This document shows positions 40,794 to 51,154 of a DNA stretch of 64,000 nucleotides, piece by piece. The stretch is taken from positions 55,848 through 119,847 of the forward strand of contig JBGCEP010000018.1 of NCBI GenBank assembly GCA_045106415.1, in the 5' to 3' direction. Under the pieces are notes generated by a model, which searched no databases, was not told the origin of the DNA, and saw only the letters and a list, made by a program, of their open reading frames with translations. The stretch's first letter is position 1. Each line of letters begins with the position of its first letter. A program made the translations under genes and the position numbers. This stretch comes from Oligoflexales bacterium. Its GTDB lineage: Bacteria; Bdellovibrionota_B; Oligoflexia; Oligoflexales; Bog-1112.

Positions 40794-41849
40794 ATGAAAG
40801 CACTTGCCATGGAACTCGATCAACGCTTAGAAAAAATTCTACAAGCAGATGTTGGGCAAATTCCAGAACATATGAATTTGCAAGAGTGTCTTGAAACCCT
40901 TGAGCAACATGAATGCTGGGAGGCTTACACTTCTTTAGTTTACTCACAACGAACATACGACGGTTGGATTTCTTTAGCTCGCATTCAAAGCCTTCAGCAA
41001 CAAAATATTCAAGCCACTATTCATAGCCTGAAACAACTCATCCAAGATCATCACGTCTCTGCTTCAGAAATCATTAGTGATATTCTTGGTAAAATCACAC
41101 CTCCTCATAACCCCACACGCCAATTCGATCTTCTTAACGGCATTTGGGACAGTTTCGCTGAGCATCAAGATAAGATTATTTGTTGTGAAGCCATAGCAAA
41201 CATATTAGAGAAACAACTTCGCCACAGCCACTCTCTAGAGGATGTTCATAAGCTGCTTTTAAAGCTCGACCCTCATAATATTAAAGCCCTCCTTTTCTTC
41301 AAAACACTCTTCCGACAAGAAGAAAAATGGGAAAACATGGCTGAAATATGCAAGACACTCTTAAGCACCAAGCGCCACCCCGCTGAACATGGTAGAGTCG
41401 CACAAGAATATGCCGCCATACTTTTATATCAACTAGATGCACCACAAGCATGCCTCCAAGTTCTTGAAGAGCACTGCTCTAATACAAAAATTGACCAAAC
41501 AACACTAAAGTTCGACGCCTGGAAACATCTTAAACAATGGGATCTTTGCCTCCAGCTTTTACATCAAACCTTAGCAACAACTCACAATCAAAAAGCAATT
41601 GCAGTCCTATATTTTCGCCAAGCCCAAATTCAAGAGCTAGCTCAGCAGCAGCAGCACGCATTTGAATGTTACCAAAAAGCAATTCAAAACTATCCTCATT
41701 TTCTTGAAGCTGCAGAACAATGGATTCGACTTTGTTTTGAACAACAGAATAAAGAAGAGCTTATAAAAGTGATCGATTTTCTAGAAAAATCAGCAGAAAA
41801 CAACAGCGAAATGCTACATCGGATACAAACTATAAAAGCTGTTTTATAA
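40794..41849 (+). CDS. TPR-like helical repeat protein
   Basis: LLKLDPHNIKAL, CYQKAIQNYPHFLEA. Confidence 0.7.
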   Translation: MKALAMELDQRLEKILQADVGQIPEHMNLQECLETLEQHECWEAYTSLVYSQRTYDGWISLARIQSLQQQNIQATIHSLKQLIQDHHVSASEIISDILGKITPPHNPTRQFDLLNGIWDSFAEHQDKIICCEAIANILEKQLRHSHSLEDVHKLLLKLDPHNIKALLFFKTLFRQEEKWENMAEICKTLLSTKRHPAEHGRVAQEYAAILLYQLDAPQACLQVLEEHCSNTKIDQTTLKFDAWKHLKQWDLCLQLLHQTLATTHNQKAIAVLYFRQAQIQELAQQQQHAFECYQKAIQNYPHFLEAAEQWIRLCFEQQNKEELIKVIDFLEKSAENNSEMLHRIQTIKAVL

Positions 41850-41865
41850 AACGCAGGAACACATT

Positions 41866-42615
41866 ATGCCAATTTCTCACAACGCTATTCATCATCGTTT
41901 TGAGCCTGCAATCGCGCGGAAAATGGATCATCAAAAAATACTCCGTCCATACTTTCACACCCACAAACATCATGAGCACATTGTCTTATTTACAGATGAC
42001 ACAACAAACAAAAATCTCATACCTCATCAACAAGTCTGTTTAGCACCTCTACAGATTGAACAACTCTACAACCATTATCAAAACACATCTCACCCACAGA
42101 CTTGGATAAGCTATGGGTATGAAGATTTACGAAAAAGCAAAAAATTAAGCGTAACTGGGGAATATCTTCAAATCCTCTACCCAAATCACCACTTGAAGCC
42201 CACACAAGATCCTCAACCTTATTTAGTTCAAATAGGTAGCCACTTTAAGTACATTGTTCCTCAAAAAAACAAACAACAATTTTTTCATTGCTGGTCATTC
42301 GCTATGAAAAACATTCACCCAGGGTCTTTTCAACTACTCAGCATTGAATTCCCTCATTCAGATGCCCTACAAAATTTTAAAGACATCCTGCAATGGGCTA
42401 AACATCTAGGGTGGAAAGATCATGAAGACATCATCATAACAACTCCAGAACCTTTTCTTTATAAACTTCATGAAAATATTCAAATACCAGACTTAAATTT
42501 TGGCTGGGCTCCCAGCACAACATTTTTAAATTGGATCGAAACATCAGGTCTTTTTATAGACTGGACACAAGAAACATCAGTCAAAGGATACTTATGTCAT
42601 ACTCTGAAGTCTTAG
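41866..42615 (+). CDS. hypothetical protein, possibly a highly degenerate thiolase remnant
   Basis: Weak resemblance of PYLVQIGSH...FQLLSIEFPHS to the thiolase C-domain; adjacent to a FadJ-like gene. Confidence 0.35.
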   Translation: MPISHNAIHHRFEPAIARKMDHQKILRPYFHTHKHHEHIVLFTDDTTNKNLIPHQQVCLAPLQIEQLYNHYQNTSHPQTWISYGYEDLRKSKKLSVTGEYLQILYPNHHLKPTQDPQPYLVQIGSHFKYIVPQKNKQQFFHCWSFAMKNIHPGSFQLLSIEFPHSDALQNFKDILQWAKHLGWKDHEDIIITTPEPFLYKLHENIQIPDLNFGWAPSTTFLNWIETSGLFIDWTQETSVKGYLCHTLKS

Positions 42616-44150
42616 TGCCTACAGCATCACTGCTAACTTCACAAGGCATCCAATTTATGAATGAAGTGTCTCAAAAATACAAAGACCAAAAAACACTTTT
42701 CATTCATGAAAAATCTAGTGAAATTTGGGTTCCTCCACAGGAGGCTTTTGCATCAGAAATCAAAGAAAGAATAAAAACATTTAGTGATTTTTGCAATTTT
42801 TCTCGCACGCAACCATGGGGATTTATCATTGCTCACACGTGTTTGGATACACACTGGGAGTTTTCCCTTGCTTGTCAGTACCAATATATTTTTCAAGAAC
42901 AAAGAGTGGGTTGGAGCCGACTTGGGCCGTACGATCCTTTTTGCCAAGTAAAAAAAATTTTTTTACAAACAAAAAATCTCTCACAACAAAATTATTCCTC
43001 AATCAGAAAAAAATATAATTTCCCATTTTTCTATCAATCTGTTGATAAGACCATTCTTCCTCATTTATTGCATGACTTTGTTAATTCTGTTCCTAAAAAA
43101 ATAAACACAAAAAGAATACATACAACTCCGCAAAGCCTTGACCCAGAAATCACAACATCACAATTAAAAAAAATACCCCAAGGCGATGAAGACCAATATT
43201 TTCATACTTGCGCATATAGTCTATTAAAAATAAAAAAAATAACTCTTTCTCCCCTTAAAAAACCAGATATTTCTCCGCAAATTTTTGCTTTAGATGTCCA
43301 AAATAATTTACCACCTCGAGACATCTTAAAATTTCTATTAACTTCCGGACATCAAATTTTTTTATTTTGCAAAGACCAAAATCTACTACAACAAAGGCTT
43401 GAATCGACTTTTCGTAAATTAGAAAACCCCTCCCTCTTTTCAAGAGTCATGTGGGGAATGCAAAAACCAACTAAAAATGTCACACACATCACATGGAACG
43501 CCACTCAAACTCTAGCACTCCACGGGGAAGAAACATTAAATATTGCTGTCGGAATCCCTGGGAACCATAGATTAGACAACATTGTATTAGAAGTTCACAA
43601 CCAACATCATGATAAAGCCTCTTTTTCTAAGACAATTCCTGGTATTATCTATACACAAACAGATTTTCAAATTCCTCTTATCTACCTCATTCGAATTGCA
43701 CTGATTAACGAAATCATTGAATGCTCTCGATTTTTTCAAAATGAAATACAGCTGGTCATGAATATTTTACAAAGCCTCGATTGGCACTTTCTAAATGACA
43801 CTCACGCTTGGGAGCATTTACTTCTGCATTGGGGCCACAAAACCAAAACCATAGGTCTCATAAATGCAAAAAATCATATACAAGGACTCGACAGATGGTC
43901 TCAAATAAAAAAAACATGCTTTCACAAACAACGATCAAAACATTGGAACCAAACAGAACTTATTCAACATCTTTATCTTTTTAGTGAGCTGCTACAACGA
44001 ACATGCATCACAAAAAAATGGATCACAAAACAAGACTGCGAACAATACTGGGGTTCAATTACCGGAATTCCTCAAAAAGAAAAAAATATATATATTGAGA
44101 CATGTGGAGAAAAAAGATTGTTATGGGAAACACAATTGCGATGGCCTTAG
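42594..44150 (+). CDS. degenerate FadB/FadJ-like (crotonase + 3-hydroxyacyl-CoA dehydrogenase) protein
   Basis: [23 protein letters not shown] resembles [35 protein letters not shown] and ALINEII echo the HACD domain; no GxGxxG. Confidence 0.5.
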   Translation: [518 protein letters not shown]

Positions 44151-44307
44151 TAAAACCTGTATCATAAATACAACAATTTTCTCAAAATAACACAGTCAGT
44201 CATAACCTCATCTTTCAAGAACCGCGGTATACTCGACCTGAAAACGGGGCTTTAATTTGGCATAATTTTTGCTTATGATAATCCATATCAATCAACATGG
44301 ATTTCAC

Positions 44308-45183
44308 ATGCAAGACCATCAGGGCACAATTGGACAGATTCAGAAGTTTGTAGGTGTTGGGCTTCATACGGGAAAACTTATTGAGATGACTGTACACCCT
44401 GCTAAAGCTGGTCATGGTATACATTTTCAACGCACAGATACACAACAAGATCCTATACCTGCTCATATCGATTTTGTTTCTTCCACTGAACTCAACACCA
44501 CGATTGGCAAAGGACCACAACAAGTTTCTACTATCGAACACCTGATGGCTGCCTTTTCTGGGGCTGGCATCGACAACGCTCTCGTACAGCTCAATGCTCC
44601 TGAGGTTCCAATACTCGATGGAAGCTCTGCGCCATATATGGACCGTTTTCTTCAAGTTGGAGTGCAAAAACAACATCTGCTACGACCTATTTTTCAAGCC
44701 AGTAAAAAAGTAGAAGTCCGACACAAGGACCAATATATGAAGATCGAACCAAGTGATAGCACTGAATTTCGAATCTCCATTGACTTTCCCAGTGAAGCTA
44801 TTGGCTATCAAATCTTAAGGTATGTGCCAAAACCCGGAAGCTTCATGAGCTTATGCGAAGCACGAACATTTTGTCATCAAAGCGATGTTGAAGCTATGAG
44901 GTCTGCCGGATTAGCCCTAGGTGGATCATTTGACAACGCTATTGTTGTCGATGAGCACAAAGTCTTGAATAGCGAAGGACTTAGGTATAGTGATGAATTT
45001 GTAAGACACAAACTCTTAGACTGCATTGGTGACCTCCACCTTCTCGGATCTTCTCTTCTCGGAAAGATTTCTATTCATAAAGGAGGGCACCGCTTGCACA
45101 TTGAATTTCTGCGAGAGATCATTCGGCAGCATTCACAACCAACATCCGATTTTAGTCTTGCTGCTGAAGCTACTCATGAATGA
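44308..45183 (+). CDS. lpxC: UDP-3-O-acyl-GlcNAc deacetylase
   Basis: GVGLHTG, TIEHLMAA, EVPILDGS, ARTF, RHKLLDCIGDL, GGH. Confidence 0.96.
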   Translation: MQDHQGTIGQIQKFVGVGLHTGKLIEMTVHPAKAGHGIHFQRTDTQQDPIPAHIDFVSSTELNTTIGKGPQQVSTIEHLMAAFSGAGIDNALVQLNAPEVPILDGSSAPYMDRFLQVGVQKQHLLRPIFQASKKVEVRHKDQYMKIEPSDSTEFRISIDFPSEAIGYQILRYVPKPGSFMSLCEARTFCHQSDVEAMRSAGLALGGSFDNAIVVDEHKVLNSEGLRYSDEFVRHKLLDCIGDLHLLGSSLLGKISIHKGGHRLHIEFLREIIRQHSQPTSDFSLAAEATHE

Positions 45184-46157
45184 AAATGAACAACATCATC
45201 ATAAGATAAATTAGAGCGTACCGCCGCGAGAACTTTTGAGCACAAGTCATCCCACCCTAGGTCATTCATACCTTTGAGTACTGCAGCTACATCTGGTAAA
45301 AACTGCTGTTGAAGAAAAACATCACTCCACTTTGCGGCATGAATCAACCATGACGCAGACTCTTTATGCGCATGGACAATCGTCATTTGTAAAAACTCGA
45401 TCACATAATCCACTTTATTTAAAAGAGTCGGATCTGCTAACGACTGAGATGTCAACCAAATTTCTTCTAAAAGGTCGGGATATCCTCGCTGGGCAACCAA
45501 ACAAGAAAAATACAAAACCTCTGGATGTTCCGGGGATAACTTTCGACAGACTTTAAGACTCTCACTACAAAGCTCATAGTCTTGACTTGCCCAACATGCT
45601 TTAGCCAGCTGAAACCAACTTAATAAATCCTGAGGAAGCAATTGAGTGGCTTGTGTTAAAGATTCAATTGCACCATCAGGGTCTCCTGATTCCAATTGAG
45701 CTTGCCCGCAAAGTGTCCAAACAGCACCAAAAGGTGGATGAATACTTTCACAGACTTCAATACAACTTGATGGTTTATCTAAATTAAATGCCATCCAAGC
45801 TGTTAAAAATTGCAAACTAGGCTTTTTCATCTTCTGCGTAAATTCACTAAAAGATTTGTAAAAAGAATGCGCATACTCTGAAACAACAACAATATGAGAA
45901 CAACGGCTCCAGTATTGGTCGAAATCAAAATCATCTTGCCTTAGCGCTGCTTCAACTCTTTCATAATCTTCATAAAGATCATCAGAACGCCGCGTACAAA
46001 AATCCAAAGATTTTAGTAATGGTTCTACATCAAAATGATCTTCCTCTAATATTGATAACCCTACACCCATCAATAAAGACTCTGACACAGAAAACTGTCG
46101 GTTTAATCGATGATCATGCAACCACTCTTGTAATATCGGATAGTCAGATAGCCACAT
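45174..46157 (-). CDS. TPR-containing protein
   Basis: AIESLTQATQLLPQDLLSWFQLA, LSPEHPEV. Confidence 0.7.
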   Translation of the reverse strand: MWLSDYPILQEWLHDHRLNRQFSVSESLLMGVGLSILEEDHFDVEPLLKSLDFCTRRSDDLYEDYERVEAALRQDDFDFDQYWSRCSHIVVVSEYAHSFYKSFSEFTQKMKKPSLQFLTAWMAFNLDKPSSCIEVCESIHPPFGAVWTLCGQAQLESGDPDGAIESLTQATQLLPQDLLSWFQLAKACWASQDYELCSESLKVCRKLSPEHPEVLYFSCLVAQRGYPDLLEEIWLTSQSLADPTLLNKVDYVIEFLQMTIVHAHKESASWLIHAAKWSDVFLQQQFLPDVAAVLKGMNDLGWDDLCSKVLAAVRSNLSYDDVVHFHS

Positions 46158-46230
46158 AGATATCCATTCCTTTTATTCCTCGCGGACTCTTCTCCGCCGA
46201 TATAGTTTGCTAAAAACAAATGGGAGCAAT

Positions 46231-47421
46231 ATGTTCGCTGCGTGGTTATCAGGATTTTTCTATGGACAATGGAGCACGCTCTCACAACCTTGCTTTTTCC
46301 ATTTTCTCATACTTATCGTCATCATCTTATCTCTCCGAGAAAAAAAACAACAAATCCTTATCACGCTTGGGTTTTTAAACGGTTTCTCTATGTCATACCC
46401 TTGGGCCAAAGCTGCAAAAAGCAAATGCATCACGCATTTAGCGGGGGCTGCCATCTTTCAACAGAAGCAAGCACAGGTGATAGCTTTTGGAAAAGGGGAC
46501 ATAGAAAAGAAAAACAAAATCTTTTATTCCAACTCAATCTACGCAGCACCAAGAAGCTACTCATCTTCTTTAGCTATGAAGCCAAGCCTAAGCGTACTTA
46601 AACAGTGGGAGGCAGCTCTCCTCCAGGGGGACATTTCAGCTCTCGACTCCACACTTAAAAAGCACTTTCAACAATCCGGACTTATACACCTTTTATGTGT
46701 CAGCGGTTTTCATATTCAGATGATTTTTCAGTTCATTCTACTCATCATTCGACAACCTTTAAAAATTTTAACCCGTCTGAATATGCGACCTCAATATATT
46801 GAGATCATATATCTTTCAGCACCTTGGATTGGGCTCGTTATCATTACACTTTACAGCCTGTCTATTGGTTTCCCACCATCAACACAACGAGCCACTCTTG
46901 TGTGCATCACTCAACATGTTTTTAGACACCTTTCTCAAAACCACTTCATAATCCCACAGATTGCAGCCACTTTTCAAAGCCTACTCTTCCCTTACCATAT
47001 GCTCTCTCCATCTAATCTTCTAAGCTGGGGAGCCTATCTTATCATTCGCCACAAAGCACAAGGAAATAGATTTAAAAACCTTTTGTTACAAAACTTATAT
47101 CTTGCACTGTTGAGCCTTATTTTTATTGATCAGTTTCCTCTTCACGCTCCCATTGTGAATTTTTTAGCACTTCCTTTTTTTCCATTTGTATATTTAGCAA
47201 CCATCACAAACTGTATTATTCCAAATAATGTCTCACAAGAATTGATTCTTCTTTTTTTTCAATGGATCTCCTTTGTAAGCCAACCCATTCAAATTTACCC
47301 AAGCCTTCTCGTGACTTTTTCTTCCCTGCCATGTCTTGCACAATGTTCTTTAATTCTATTATTTTTTCTAATTTTTATAAAAAATTTCCTTTTTTCCACA
47401 AAAGAAAGAACAGCCCTATAA
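46231..47421 (+). CDS. ComEC/Rec2-like competence membrane protein (core domain only)
   Basis: ALLQGD, FQQSGLIHLLCVSGFHI, PSTQRA, many TM segments. Confidence 0.8.
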   Translation: MFAAWLSGFFYGQWSTLSQPCFFHFLILIVIILSLREKKQQILITLGFLNGFSMSYPWAKAAKSKCITHLAGAAIFQQKQAQVIAFGKGDIEKKNKIFYSNSIYAAPRSYSSSLAMKPSLSVLKQWEAALLQGDISALDSTLKKHFQQSGLIHLLCVSGFHIQMIFQFILLIIRQPLKILTRLNMRPQYIEIIYLSAPWIGLVIITLYSLSIGFPPSTQRATLVCITQHVFRHLSQNHFIIPQIAATFQSLLFPYHMLSPSNLLSWGAYLIIRHKAQGNRFKNLLLQNLYLALLSLIFIDQFPLHAPIVNFLALPFFPFVYLATITNCIIPNNVSQELILLFFQWISFVSQPIQIYPSLLVTFSSLPCLAQCSLILLFFLIFIKNFLFSTKERTAL

Positions 47422-47496
47422 AAAAATCTACCTCGTGAAATAAATGTTTTAACGCTAAAATCGACACAGACACCATCAACCATGAAAGGGAAGTGC

Positions 47497-47907
47497 ATGG
47501 AAAAAAATATTCTAATCGTCGACGACTCTGAGTTTGCAAAAAACGAACTCAAAGCAGCATATACTGCGATCGGTATGAAAGTTGTCGGAGAAGCATCTGA
47601 TGGTTTAGAGGCTCTAGAAAAATGCGAACTTCTCGCGCCAGACATTATAAGCCTCGACCTTATTATGCCTCATATGCACGGCATAGAGTGTGCAAGAGAA
47701 ATCCACAAACGACACCCTCAAGTTGCCGTTTTATTTGTAACTAGCTTAGCGCGCGATATTATTCGCGACCATAGCTTTGGTGATGAATTCGACGCCGAAA
47801 GCTTTGTACAAAAACCCGCCACGTCGTCTGACCTTAAAGCTGCACTTCTTCACGTAGTCGAGCAAAAAATTGAAGAACAAGCACAAACACCGGAGCTGGA
47901 AGCTTAA
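47497..47907 (+). CDS. CheY-like single-domain response regulator
   Basis: ILIVDDS, VVGEASDG, PDIISLDLIMP, FVQKP. Confidence 0.9.
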   Translation: MEKNILIVDDSEFAKNELKAAYTAIGMKVVGEASDGLEALEKCELLAPDIISLDLIMPHMHGIECAREIHKRHPQVAVLFVTSLARDIIRDHSFGDEFDAESFVQKPATSSDLKAALLHVVEQKIEEQAQTPELEA

Positions 47908-49082
47908 GAAGCCTCCAGAACTCCTGTATTTGATTCGGCAGGATCCATTTCTGTATTGGAGTCCCCTACGTTCTGCTCTCCTACCTGTTTTTTCTGCTTC
48001 GCCCGCACAGATGCTAAATAAGCACTCGTAAAGCCAACGATCGTCATAAAACCAGCAGCTAATAACATTGCTGGATGCCACACAGCCCCTAAAAAGAAGA
48101 AAATAAGAGCAACAACACCACACACTATTGAATTAACCCACAGCTTATCTTTATGAACCACAGCAAGCTCACCGTTCAAAATACCGCCATTAAAACCATC
48201 AATCACAACATTCTTCTCACGGGGCTGATGAAAATATCTCAATAAATTCCTTGGTTTGTAAACATATCTTGCATACCAGAATGGTAAGTGCAGTAGCTGA
48301 ATACCTGCAATTTCCAGCTCTGTTCTTGCGTCAATGTGAATATCTGTGTTCAGCTTTGCTAGCCAGCGGTGGTAATGATCAACATGAGCTTTAGCTCGTC
48401 GCAAAGCTTCTTCTTCAGACACCTGAACATTGAGAATTGGCAATCCGTTTGCATATTTAAATTCAAAAAATTCACGAATATTATAAACGGATTCATCTTC
48501 TTCAGGTTGACCTGGTGCTGATGCTCGACGCACTCCTAAGCTGTCATCAATGCGACCTCTAGAAAATGTTGAATCTAAAGGATACCCATCCCAATCAACA
48601 GGAGCCCCTTCACGTGACACATGAAGACGTGTCATACCCCAGTTTTCACACAAATTATGCCGAGCAGAAACCGCCCATCGATAATTACGACGAAACACAC
48701 CGTCCTCAGTCAAATAAGACGAATGACTCCCCGTATCCAAGCGACTCCGATGATGACGACGCACAAGCCCTTTCCAAGCAGTATGGGCTTCCAAAGAAAC
48801 AATCCAATGCGGAATTGAATACCCTAAAATATCAACGACAAAATACTCTTGTTCCACAACATGGGGAGCGTGATGCAATCTCTTGATCCACTCAGTCACA
48901 AGATCTTTGACCTTTCTAGGGTCAATAGCGTTCGGTACAATAAAGTGATCTGAATAAATTTCTTTCTGCCCACTTTCCATATCCAAACGGAAAGTCACTG
49001 AGCAAACCGGACACATATGCAAATAATCTTTTAAATCATACTGGGATGCTGCGTTGCAGCTGGGACATGCGAGTTCATGCAT
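47904..49082 (-). CDS. zinc-ribbon membrane-anchored hypothetical protein
   Basis: CPSC...CPVC at N-terminus, LHLPFW...VIDGFNG, two C-terminal TM helices; GGAGG RBS. Confidence 0.75.
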   Translation of the reverse strand: MHELACPSCNAASQYDLKDYLHMCPVCSVTFRLDMESGQKEIYSDHFIVPNAIDPRKVKDLVTEWIKRLHHAPHVVEQEYFVVDILGYSIPHWIVSLEAHTAWKGLVRRHHRSRLDTGSHSSYLTEDGVFRRNYRWAVSARHNLCENWGMTRLHVSREGAPVDWDGYPLDSTFSRGRIDDSLGVRRASAPGQPEEDESVYNIREFFEFKYANGLPILNVQVSEEEALRRAKAHVDHYHRWLAKLNTDIHIDARTELEIAGIQLLHLPFWYARYVYKPRNLLRYFHQPREKNVVIDGFNGGILNGELAVVHKDKLWVNSIVCGVVALIFFFLGAVWHPAMLLAAGFMTIVGFTSAYLASVRAKQKKQVGEQNVGDSNTEMDPAESNTGVLEAS

Positions 49083-49128
49083 CAACGACCTCCAAAACAA
49101 TCTCTATGTAATTTTACACCCTCAGCGC

Positions 49129-49156
49129 TTGACAACCGAAAAAGCAGATTTACATT
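49129..49156 (+). promoter_or_regulatory. promoter of dnaK
   Basis: TTGACA-N16-TACATT. Confidence 0.5.
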
Positions 49157-49237
49157 GCATGTGAAGGGGGCGGCATTATGACCTTCGGTAGAAGTCGACC
49201 CGAGCCTAACAACCTAGAAAAACACATGGAGCTTATC

Positions 49238-51139
49238 ATGGGCAAAATTATCGGTATCGATTTAGGAACAACAAACTCAGTTGTCACAGTCGTTGAAGGC
49301 GGACAACCAAAATTGATTCAAAACGCAGAAGGTCAAAGAACAACACCTAGCGTTGTCGCTTACACAAAAGACGGCGAAGTCTTAGTCGGTGCAGCAGCAC
49401 GACGCCAAGCTGTAACAAACCCAAAGAAAACTATTTTTTCTGCAAAGCGTTTTATTGGATCTAAATTCAAGGAATGTTCACACGAAGCAACACGCATGCC
49501 ATACACAGTCACTGAATCTAAAGACGGTGGGTGCTCTATTGAAGTTGACGGCAAAGCAACAAACCCTGCTGAGATTTCAGCAAAAGTTCTTATGAAGCTT
49601 AAAAAAGAAGCTGAAGACTTTCTTGGTTCTCCCGTCACAGAAGCTGTCATCACAGTTCCTGCATACTTCAATGATGCGCAAAGACAAGCCACAAAAGATG
49701 CAGGCAAAATTGCTGGCCTTGATGTGAAAAGAATTGTTGCTGAGCCAACAGCTGCAGCACTAGCATATGGTTTAGATAAAAAAACAAATGAAAAAATTGC
49801 TGTTTATGACTTCGGGGGCGGCACTTTCGACGTTTCTATTCTAGAGGTTGGAGAAAGCGTTGTTGAAGTACTAGCAACAAATGGTGACACTCACCTTGGT
49901 GGTGACAATATTGATGAAATTCTTATCCAGAACCTTCTCGACCAATTCAAAACCGAGACAGGCATCGACATCTCAGCAGATCCAATGGCTGTACAACGCC
50001 TTAAAGAAGCTGCTGAAAAAGCAAAAATCGAACTTTCTTCAGCACCATCAACAGATATCAACCTCCCGTTTTTAACTGCTGATCAAACAGGTCCAAAGCA
50101 CTTGAATACAAGTATTTCACGTGCTGAATTTGAACGCATGATTCACGACGTTGTTGAAAAAACACTCGCACCATGTCGCCAAGTTCTTTCCGACGCTGGC
50201 CTTCAAGCATCTGAGATTCAGGAAGTCCTTCTCGTTGGTGGATCGACTCGAATTCCACTTGTTCAACAAAAAGTAAAAGAAATGTTCAACCGCGAACCAA
50301 ACAAAACCGTCAACCCTGACGAAGTTGTTGCAATTGGCGCTGGTGTACAAGCAGGTATTCTTGGTGGAGATGTTGAAGGCGTTCTTCTTCTCGATGTGAC
50401 CCCACTATCACTTGGCATTGAAACTCAAGGCGGCATCATGAGTCACCTTATTGAGCGCAACACAACAATCCCAACTCGTAAGAGCCAAGTCTTTTCAACT
50501 GCTGCTGACAACCAAACCTCTGTGGAAGTTCGTGTTCTACAAGGCGAGCGTGAACTCGCAAGCCATAACAAAGAGCTTGGGCGATTCAGCCTCATCGATA
50601 TTCCTCCAGCACCACGCGGTGTTCCTCAAATCGAAGTCACTTTTGATATCGACGCGGACGGAATTGTCGCTGTTTCAGGTAAAGATCTCGGAACAGGAAA
50701 AGAGCAAAAAATTACAATTCAGTCTGATAGCAAACTTACTGAAGAAGAAATCGAAAAAATGGTCAAAGAAGGAGAGGCACACGCCGCTTCTGACAAAGAA
50801 GCTCGTGAAAAAGTGGAAGCACGCAACCAACTTGACTCCATCATTTACCAAGCAGAAAAACTACTCAAAGAGCACAACGACAACGTACCAGCAGAACTTA
50901 AAGCTGACATCGAAGCCGGCATGAAAGAAGCTCGTAGTAAACTCGACTGTGACAACACTGAAACGCTTCAAGCAGCACGTACTGATTTTGAGGCAAAGCT
51001 TCACAAACTTTCTGAGTTAATCTACCAACAGACTGCAAACCAACAGTCTCAAGGGCAACCAGAAGGAAATACTGAAGGACAAACTCAGGGTCAAGATGAC
51101 GTTGTAGATGCTGAGTTCGAAGAAGGGGATAAGAAGTAA
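49238..51139 (+). CDS. dnaK: chaperone DnaK
   Basis: [52 protein letters not shown]. Confidence 0.98.
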   Translation: MGKIIGIDLGTTNSVVTVVEGGQPKLIQNAEGQRTTPSVVAYTKDGEVLVGAAARRQAVTNPKKTIFSAKRFIGSKFKECSHEATRMPYTVTESKDGGCSIEVDGKATNPAEISAKVLMKLKKEAEDFLGSPVTEAVITVPAYFNDAQRQATKDAGKIAGLDVKRIVAEPTAAALAYGLDKKTNEKIAVYDFGGGTFDVSILEVGESVVEVLATNGDTHLGGDNIDEILIQNLLDQFKTETGIDISADPMAVQRLKEAAEKAKIELSSAPSTDINLPFLTADQTGPKHLNTSISRAEFERMIHDVVEKTLAPCRQVLSDAGLQASEIQEVLLVGGSTRIPLVQQKVKEMFNREPNKTVNPDEVVAIGAGVQAGILGGDVEGVLLLDVTPLSLGIETQGGIMSHLIERNTTIPTRKSQVFSTAADNQTSVEVRVLQGERELASHNKELGRFSLIDIPPAPRGVPQIEVTFDIDADGIVAVSGKDLGTGKEQKITIQSDSKLTEEEIEKMVKEGEAHAASDKEAREKVEARNQLDSIIYQAEKLLKEHNDNVPAELKADIEAGMKEARSKLDCDNTETLQAARTDFEAKLHKLSELIYQQTANQQSQGQPEGNTEGQTQGQDDVVDAEFEEGDKK

Positions 51140-51154
51140 GATTTTATCTTCATC

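Noticed and set aside
47441..47467. sigma28-like site TAAA-N15-ATCGACAC before the CheY-like gene
   Set aside because: The -10 box matches only half of the consensus; too weak to call
49122..49148. CIRCE-like element upstream of dnaK
   Set aside because: TCAGCGCTT-N9-AAAAGCAGA matches TTAGCACTC-N9-GAGTGCTAA too poorly, especially the right arm
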